In this document: positions 57,144-64,000 of the stretch, in pieces
Numbering within the stretch: the stretch's first letter is position 1
Layout: every line of letters starts with the position of its first letter
Assembly (NCBI GenBank): GCA_963695855.1
Contig: CAVOHZ010000008.1
Coordinates: 96,001 to 160,000 of the forward strand
DNA: 64,000 bases
Reading direction: 5' to 3'
Source of the DNA: an uncultured Nitrososphaerales archaeon
GTDB taxonomy: Archaea; Thermoproteota; Nitrososphaeria; Nitrososphaerales; Nitrososphaeraceae
Notes under the pieces: model-generated
Database searches by the model: none
Told to the model about the DNA's origin: nothing
The model's input: only the letters and a program-made list of their open reading frames with translations
Position numbers and translations under genes: made by a program

Positions 57144-58891
57144 GGCTGTGTTAATTTACGTTAATATCCACCTCCTTTAACCAAAAATAATTCTTATTAT
57201 TTGCTTTAGTATCATTATACATCGAAACAAAGAATTGTATCCAGTTATGTACATGAAATAGATTACATTCCTCTTTTTGCATACAAGGAGAGTAGTCATC
57301 AAAATTTTCTCTTCTGTCTTTCAAATACTGGTTGACTCTTTCCATCAAACTTTTCTGAAATGGTGAGTGTAGGTAGTGTTTTAATCCAATTACGTTACTT
57401 GCTTCATCATACCATGTACCACCATCTGTATACGCGGCATGTTTTCCATATTTTGATACAAGAGATCAGATCAAATAAATTTTTCAGCAATTATCATGTT
57501 TCTCTCCTCTGAGAGATAGATTCCAAGTATAGATTTATGAACAGGTTCAATACAAAACCATAACCAGAAGTGCTGGTTACCAATCTGAATAATAGTTTCA
57601 TCTATTGCCTTGTTGCACAACTTGTTCTTCTCAACACATTTAGCTAACCAATTCTAGTCATATTATGTGAACTGGAGAAATTACAACGAATCTCTTGTTA
57701 AACGTGGTGAGGTATTACTGGATTTTGATATTATAGATAACTGGAATACTGAACTAGAGAAGATGAATAAGGAAAAGGAAGGTAGGAAATTCGTATATCC
57801 AGATTCATTTGTCAAGTTATTGGGATACATGAGAGCATACTTTCACTTACCCTACAGACAAACTGAAGGAGTAGTAAGAGAACATGCTTCAAACACTTTG
57901 CCATCAATTCCAGATTATAGTAACATTAGCAGAAGAATAAATAGACTGGATATCAAGATTTCTGATGATATAACCAAATCTAACTTGCATGATGATAATT
58001 TTGTTATTGCAATTGATTCTACCGGTATAAAGGTATCTAAGAGGGGTGAATGGATTAGACACAAGTGGAATGTAAAAAGAGGATATCTAAAGATACATTT
58101 AGCAGTCGATATAAAAAAGAAGAGAATTCTATCATTAGATGTTACTAGTGAAGAAGTACATGATGTAAAAGTACTTCCAAAATTGGTTGATTATATAGCA
58201 ATAAAACAGAATAAGGTAATAGATACTGCTATCATGGATGGTTCCTATGATAGCAACAAGATCTTTCAGTTTCTATCATTTAAAGGCATACAACCAGCAA
58301 TAAAGGTAAGAAAGAATTCTAGATGCAGAAACAAGACCAATCATTACCTTAGAAACAAGATGGTGAAAATGCAGAAGAATGATTTGCAAGAATGGAAAGA
58401 TAGTGTACGCTATGGACAAAGATGGATGGTAGAATCTGTTTTTTCCTCTATGAAGAGAATGTTTGGTGAATATGTTACTGCTATCAGGTTAGAGAACATG
58501 ATAAGAGAGATAATGTTGAAAGCATCGTTGTATAACTGGTTTCAAAGTATAACTGTTACATAATTATCAATTATATAATAATGAGAACGATTGGTTAAAC
58601 GAGTTATGCAACAAACCATCCATCTATAATAAAAGCAGTTACTCTTTTTCTGTTATAGATTTGGCAGGATCCAAATCTCTGAATCCAATTCCAAACAGAA
58701 ACATAACTTCTCTTCTGATCTCTAAATATAGTTAGTGCCTTGGATGTTTTTCTTAAACTTAAACCAAGAAAGTATAGATAAAGATAATACATTACAATAA
58801 AAGAAGATGTTTTATTTCTATCAAATTTGATTTTCATAGTATATTTAGAACATTCTCAGCTATAGCTTTTACTGCTTATCTGAACAGAGCC
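57144..58891 (-). mobile_element. IS6 element interrupted by an IS5 insertion
   Basis: TIRs ggctgtgttaat / gaacagagcc; transposase halves at 58604..58837 and 57151..57600 split at IID/ET. Confidence 0.88.
57606..58618 (+). mobile_element. IS5 family (IS903-like) element, transposase 57667..58563
   Basis: AIDSTG, KIHLAVD, DGSYD, RWMVESVFSSMK; TIRs gccttgttgcacaact / agttatgcaacaaacc; 9-bp TSD ttcatctat/tccatctat. Confidence 0.92.
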
Positions 58892-59107
58892 TGCCCATGA
58901 GATCGATTAATTAAATTCTTAGTATTGTAAAGATTTCAAATTTAGTGAATCATTAATTAATGATAATGTAGATTTGAAATATTTTGTACTCTATCAATAA
59001 TTGACCTGTTAATAGAAAATTTATAATTAAATTAGACTTTATTTTAAATATACACCTTAACATAATAGAAGACTTATTTACAATATTTCATCATCGAGTT
59101 AATGAAA

Positions 59108-59410
59108 TCAATTCTTAATTATTTTTATTTTCTTTACTCCAACAGTATCAACAATATAGTAATCATCAGCTATTTGAATAATATCTCCAAGATCTATTTT
59201 ATTATGAGATTTCTTTTCCCTGAGAGGTATTCCAAAAGGCTTATCCTCTTCTTTAAATTTAAGCCAAATTCTACCTGGGTTTAAGATATTTTTGAATTCT
59301 GATTCCCATACTAAATCATATACAGTAAAGAGTGCTTGGCTACTAATTCTATTATTTTTAATTATCATTTCGATTTCAGGTTCTTTAAAGAAATACACCT
59401 TTACCTTCAT
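59108..59410 (-). CDS. Hypothetical protein
   Basis: 100-aa ORF, 'IDLGDIIQI...YYIVDTVG'. Confidence 0.6.
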   Translation of the reverse strand: MKVKVYFFKEPEIEMIIKNNRISSQALFTVYDLVWESEFKNILNPGRIWLKFKEEDKPFGIPLREKKSHNKIDLGDIIQIADDYYIVDTVGVKKIKIIKN

Positions 59411-59693
59411 AATTTATTTTTTTAGCTATTTTTTGTTATTTATTAATTATATGTTATTAACGGAACCTGACAATATGAAAATCTTCTAGTCTATGTCTTC
59501 ATGTGTGTTGTCTAGGTTCGAACTTATCGGTAGTGTAATATTTTATATAGTGGATCTTGTAAAATATTAATAATTAATTAATCTGACAAATGAATTTTAT
59601 AACAACTGTTTTAGCTAACTATAAGGTTGGACATATTCTCGAAAATTTTTAACCCAGAAAAATTAAAAGGATCTATTTTAAAGTAAAAAATGT

Positions 59694-59738
59694 AACTGGT
59701 CCCACTTTATAAAAGGGTTCAAATCCCACTGGCCCCAT
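59694..59738 (+). repeat. att-like site 15 (B arm joined directly to the full tRNA-like core)
   Basis: aactggtcccactttataaaagggttcaaatcccactggccccat. Confidence 0.92.
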
Positions 59739-59767
59739 TACAAACCTGTGTCTTCATTTAGACCCAT

Positions 59768-61065
59768 TTGCTATATATCATGCAAATAATGTCAATCCCT
59801 AATACATTCACAGAAATTATTTTAGAGGAAGGACACAAACAACTGACTCCCTATCTGATGTTCAAATATGCAATTAAAACAGAGATAACAAGAAAGTATT
59901 ATGAAAGAAGATTGAAAAAATTCTTTGACTTTATTGAATTTGAAATGATAGATAAAGACATTGAATACAGATCTAATAAATTTGTAGAAAAAGCAAAAGA
60001 TAATTCAAATTGGACATTAAGTCAGATAATTAGATTTTTACAATTTCAAAAAGAGAGAGTAGAAAAGAAAGAGATCACTGCTGGGACTCTAAAGAATTTT
60101 GTTAAGTCAATAAAGGTATTCTGTGAAATGTCTGATCTCTCAATTCCCTGGAAGAAAATTACAAGAGGGTTACCAAATGCAAGACAATCAGCAAACGATA
60201 GAGCTCCTACTATAGATGAGATACATAGACTGTTAGGATATCCCGATAGAAGAATAAAACCCATTGTCTACACAATGATATCATCTGGGATAAGGTTAGG
60301 AGCTTGGGATTATCTAAAATGGAAACATATTATTCCAATTAAGAATAAAGAAGGGGAGATAGTAGCAGCCAAGATAATTGTTTATGCTGGTGAAGTTGAT
60401 TAATATTATTGATTCATTACTGAAGAAGCTTATAACTCACTACTAGACTGGATAAAATCCAGAGAAGAATATGGTGAAAAGATTACTGGAGAATCTTGGT
60501 TGATGAGAGACATCTGGCAAACAACTAATGTAAACTACGGGGCTAAATGGGGATTAGCAACATATCCTAAAAAATTGAATAGTTATGCTATTAAGAGAAT
60601 ATTAGAGAGGGATTATGGTCAGAAGGCTTACGAAAAACACTTGAAAAAGGAGAAAAGAGACACGAATACAAAGCAGCTCATGGATTTAGAAAATTCTACA
60701 AAACTAGAACAGAACAAGTTATGCGTCCACTGAATGTAGAGATAACACTTGGTCACAATGTCGGACTTTCTGGGTCATATTACAAACCAACTGAGAAATT
60801 AATTTTAGAAGATTATCTTAAAGTAATAGATTTACTTACTTTAAATAATAATCAAAAAGTTCTAGAGAAAGAAATTAATAAGTTAAAAGAAAAGAGTCAA
60901 GATGATGAATATATTATAAAAGTCAAATTATGTGAGAAAGATGTACAAATTAAGGAACTTAAGAAAAGCGATAAAGTTAAAGAAGATGCATTAGCTCATG
61001 TATCGGATCAGTTGATGATATTAACTGAAAGAATTCAAGAGTTGGAGAGAAAACAATCAAAATAG
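59768..61065 (+). pseudogene. Tyrosine integrase family 1, disrupted by stops and a frameshift
   Basis: SSGIRLGAW; stops at about 60401 and 60410; HGFRKFYKT out of frame; LGHNVGLSGSYY. Confidence 0.9.
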
Positions 61066-61078
61066 ATCAGGATTAAAA

Positions 61079-61123
61079 GTGGGTTGTGTGGGATTTGAAC
61101 CCTTCTATAAAGTGAGACCAGTT
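61079..61123 (-). repeat. att-like site 16 (B arm+core, inverted)
   Basis: Reverse complement reads aactggtctcactttatagaagggttcaaatcccacacaacccac. Confidence 0.9.
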
Positions 61124-61475
61124 GATTTTTAAACACCCTTAAAACAAAGATTTGACGAAGACATATATTCGATCTTCACTATTAGAACAAGTAAAGTGAA
61201 ATACAAAATATACGTTTTTGTTTATTAACACATGTTGTACCCCAATGATAATGAATTATATCTCTACCATAATTTTCAAAGGATCTAATGAAATTTTCTA
61301 CTAAATAAAAAAAAAACATATTGTATAAATTAATTCTCAACAAGAAACGAAGATAGAATTACTATACCGTTTACAAGGACTAACAATCTCAAACACTATC
61401 CCAGATACAAAATGTTCTTGATTTACTATGCCTAGGATGCGCAAAAATTTTTCTACTTTATAATAAACACATAAA

Positions 61476-62252
61476 TTATTTTCGCATAGAAGAGAGGAAA
61501 TCGTTTTTTTCTTTAATAATCGGAAGATCCAATATTTCTTTAATAATCTCAATATGTTTATCAGGATTTTTATAAATCGAATTTAGTTTTTTATACAACA
61601 TGTTTGGATCAATTTTTATCCCACTCTTTCGTGATGCTCTCTTAAATGACCGATCAGAAATAACAATCCAATCATAATGGGTTGGAAGACTTGTTTTCGC
61701 TAAATTAGCGAATGATATTAACTTTGGTTTTTCCCTTAAATATTCCTGAATTTCAGCCTCCTTGACACCATAGTGAGAATAAAGTGATTCGTTTATCCGA
61801 GAAATTTTCTTATTAGTTGCATCAAGTTCTTCCCTTGCTTTTTTAATATAAGTAGGGATATCTTCTATGTTTAACTGATATTTCTTTTCAAATTGTAATA
61901 TTTTATTAATTTCAGTAAGAAACTTATCGTGCTCTATTACTAATCTAAAACTTTCTTTATCGGTAGATTCTAGAAAATTCTCAAAGAATGGACAAGTTAA
62001 ACTCAATTTATTTATTTTATTATATAGTCGAACTCCGGAAATTACATCAGAAAATCCTAAATTGTAACTCTTAAATTTTTTTGCAATCTCTCGTATGTAT
62101 GAAAAAATTTCATCATTTCTTGATGCCTCTGATGTTATTGTCGATATTGTTCCCACACTAACACCCAGCATCTTGCTAATTTCCGGGATTGAATATCCTT
62201 CCAAATATTTTCTAATACTATCAGATTTTATTACAGGAGGAATGGCCCGCAT
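61476..62252 (-). CDS. N-terminal HTH + coiled-coil protein (mobile-element associated)
   Basis: YLEGYSIPEISKMLGVSVGTISTI helix-turn-helix. Confidence 0.75.
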   Translation of the reverse strand: MRAIPPVIKSDSIRKYLEGYSIPEISKMLGVSVGTISTITSEASRNDEIFSYIREIAKKFKSYNLGFSDVISGVRLYNKINKLSLTCPFFENFLESTDKESFRLVIEHDKFLTEINKILQFEKKYQLNIEDIPTYIKKAREELDATNKKISRINESLYSHYGVKEAEIQEYLREKPKLISFANLAKTSLPTHYDWIVISDRSFKRASRKSGIKIDPNMLYKKLNSIYKNPDKHIEIIKEILDLPIIKEKNDFLSSMRK

Positions 62253-62562
62253 TTAAAAGAGCTTAAAAAATTGGCTTAAAAGGTTTGCTCTATTTAGCTA
62301 ATTTTCTCATATTAGAGACTTCCCTTGTAGAATGCGATATAGATTCATTATCATTTATACCGTTACAAAAAATTTGACAAATATATGAAAAATCTATAAC
62401 AATTTAAACTTCTATTACTTCAAATTAATTGATTTGTCGGATAGTATTCTGAGTTAGATAATCGATTATGGTTAATTGTGAAGTTTCAATTATCTTCATT
62501 GAATATAAGTAAAATTCAATTACTCTATCTAGTATCACTCTAATATGAGCACAAAACGGGCC

Positions 62563-62683
62563 ATTTGAAAGCTATTTGAAAGGTATTTGAAAACAATTAG
62601 AAAACAATTTGAAAACAATTTGAAAACAATCTGAAAACAATCTGAATACCATTAAATAATGATTTGAAAGGTATTTGAAAGAA
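62563..62683. repeat. 11-bp tandem repeat ATTTGAAA(ACA/GGT), 8+2 copies
   Basis: atttgaaagct atttgaaaggt atttgaaaaca attagaaaaca atttgaaaaca atttgaaaaca atctgaaaaca atctgaatacc ... atttgaaaggt atttgaaagaa. Confidence 0.9.
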
Positions 62684-62905
62684 TTTAACGGGTTTAAAAT
62701 TGAGTAGAATGAGCTCCCAGTATTATAAATAATGATAATCCATTCCGTTTTATCATTCTTAAATCAAATCAATCGATAAAATCTAATCATAAGTAATCAT
62801 CAAAAAAAAGATTCAGTTCTATCTTTTAAAATACTGCATTACCATTTAAATTAGACTCTTCTATTATTCTGTAGAAAGATAAAAGAATAACCTAATAGTT
62901 GTAAC

Positions 62906-63121
62906 TCATTCATCTTTTGAATCAAAAATTTTTTTTATTTCTTCATTTTGTTGTTTTACAATATGATCATCATCTTCCTCCTCAAATAAAAAAGGAAACG
63001 ATCTCCTCTCCTCTTGGGTTATAAATTTCTTAAATCTTCTTACTCGTTTTAAGTCTTCTAAATAATCACTTCTACAGATAGGATCTCCTGGATCTCGTAT
63101 ATGCATTTCACAGTACTCCAA
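62906..63121 (-). CDS. Small hypothetical protein or gene fragment
   Basis: 71-aa ORF, partly duplicated at 11136. Confidence 0.4.
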   Translation of the reverse strand: MEYCEMHIRDPGDPICRSDYLEDLKRVRRFKKFITQEERRSFPFLFEEEDDDHIVKQQNEEIKKIFDSKDE

Positions 63122-63304
63122 AATCTGGAGTTATGGTAGATAGTAAAGATAATCTGTATTTGCCTGATACATATAATCAACGTACACAACAATTTAAGTT
63201 ATCACAACATTGGCAATTCAAAATCTGAAAATGATATTGAATGAGTCAGAATAATAGCTAAAATGATATTTATAAAAACAAATTAATTTAATAAAATTTT
63301 ATTG

Positions 63305-63380
63305 TGGGTCCAAAATAAAGGACATATTCGTTTCACATCCCACTGGCCCCATTGAACTCTCAGTTCCAATTCTATATTTA
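63305..63380 (+). repeat. att-like site 17 (A arm+core, R3 arm)
   Basis: tgggtccaaaataaaggacatattcgtttcacatcccactggccccattgaactctcagttccaat. Confidence 0.9.
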
Positions 63381-63756
63381 ATAGAATTCAAGAAGTAATA
63401 AAAATTAATAAATAATCAAATAATAAACAAAAAGGATAAAATCCCTAATTATTAAACAAAATAAATAGTTTATATAAAAAATAAGATATTATATTGAAAA
63501 AAATTCAGAATTACAATTTAGCTTTCATATGTAAAAAATGTATATTATTAGAATGCAATTTAAAATTTCTATCAATTGTCATTATATATCTTAAACAAAT
63601 GAAATCTAATAGATAAAACATATAGAATATATACACATTAAAAAGTAACATTTCTATTCAAATTTATCAATGAAGACAAACTTCACATTGATAAGAAATA
63701 TAGAGAAAAAGATCTTTAGTAAGAAAAAAAGTTTATTATGGAAAAAATATTTCTCA

Positions 63757-64000
63757 TTATTGTAGATTAAATGGATTCACCATGGAAGGTAGGCGAGAAA
63801 GTAGATCCTTAGGTATCATATCATTGGATGGTTGAGTCTTCTTAATTGGATTGAGTTCGGCAGTACTCACAACTTCTGGAGTAAATACCTGAATTCTGAA
63901 ATTGCCAGAGTCAACAATAAAAGGTTTACCATCATTGTCTACTGTTACGTGTTCTGGTTCTGCAAGTTGACCATCTGCTGAACCTTCTTTTTCTGAACCA
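63757..64000 (-). CDS. NHL-repeat protein, 3' end (runs off the window)
   Basis: Manual translation GSADGQLAEPEHVTVDNDGKPFIVDSGNFRIQVF. Confidence 0.8.
   Translation of the reverse strand, partial: GSEKEGSADGQLAEPEHVTVDNDGKPFIVDSGNFRIQVFTPEVVSTAELNPIKKTQPSNDMIPKDLLSRLPSMVNPFNLQ

Noticed and set aside
59694-59738. Complete tRNA gene
   Set aside because: Only T-loop, T-stem and acceptor-like sequence is present. Upstream there is no D arm, anticodon arm or 5' acceptor strand, and no full tRNA was seen in the window.
221-61552. Many short ORFs antisense to or overlapping real genes (e.g. 221, 5324, 8018, 8922, 11628, 24165, 26203, 42138, 50654, 54820, 56447, 60046)
   Set aside because: Shadow frames of better-supported genes, with no recognisable motifs.
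62563-62683. CRISPR-like repeat (ATTGAAA-like ends)
   Set aside because: The units are contiguous 11-mers without spacers.
973-63380. Recurrent repeat read as a CRISPR array
   Set aside because: Copies are kilobases apart, occur in both orientations, have no regular spacers, and no cas genes are present.
2624-63380. Classical integron attC sites
   Set aside because: No RYYYAAC...GTTRRRY boxes, and the integrases do not look like IntI. The integron comparison is functional only.

Overview
Very AT-rich archaeal accessory region. The gene families (two thaumarchaeal-type tyrosine integrases, Nitrososphaera-type sensor kinases, archaeal IS6/IS5/IS630) suggest Nitrososphaeraceae; this is inference. 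The window looks like one large recombination hotspot. About 21 copies, at 17 loci, of a tRNA-3'-end-like site (core TTCA[A/C]ATCCCAC-TGGCCCCAT) carry interchangeable left and right arms, occur in both orientations, and cut the region into mostly 1.4-6 kb cargo modules. Five broken integrase genes from two families each start just downstream of a site. Cargo includes ADH, an NDH-2 fusion, cupredoxin, an RTX-like protein, an aegerolysin-LGFP fusion, a CYTH-like protein, a metallophosphoesterase, GH1, tyrosinase, patatin, DsbA, YnfA, SQR-like and kinase genes. One module holds a tightly coupled operon: an unannotated 52-aa peptide, a JAB protease, a ThiF/E1 and an E2. This is a candidate ubiquitin-like conjugation system with a non-canonical modifier. 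All calls come from reading motifs by eye; no searches were run.
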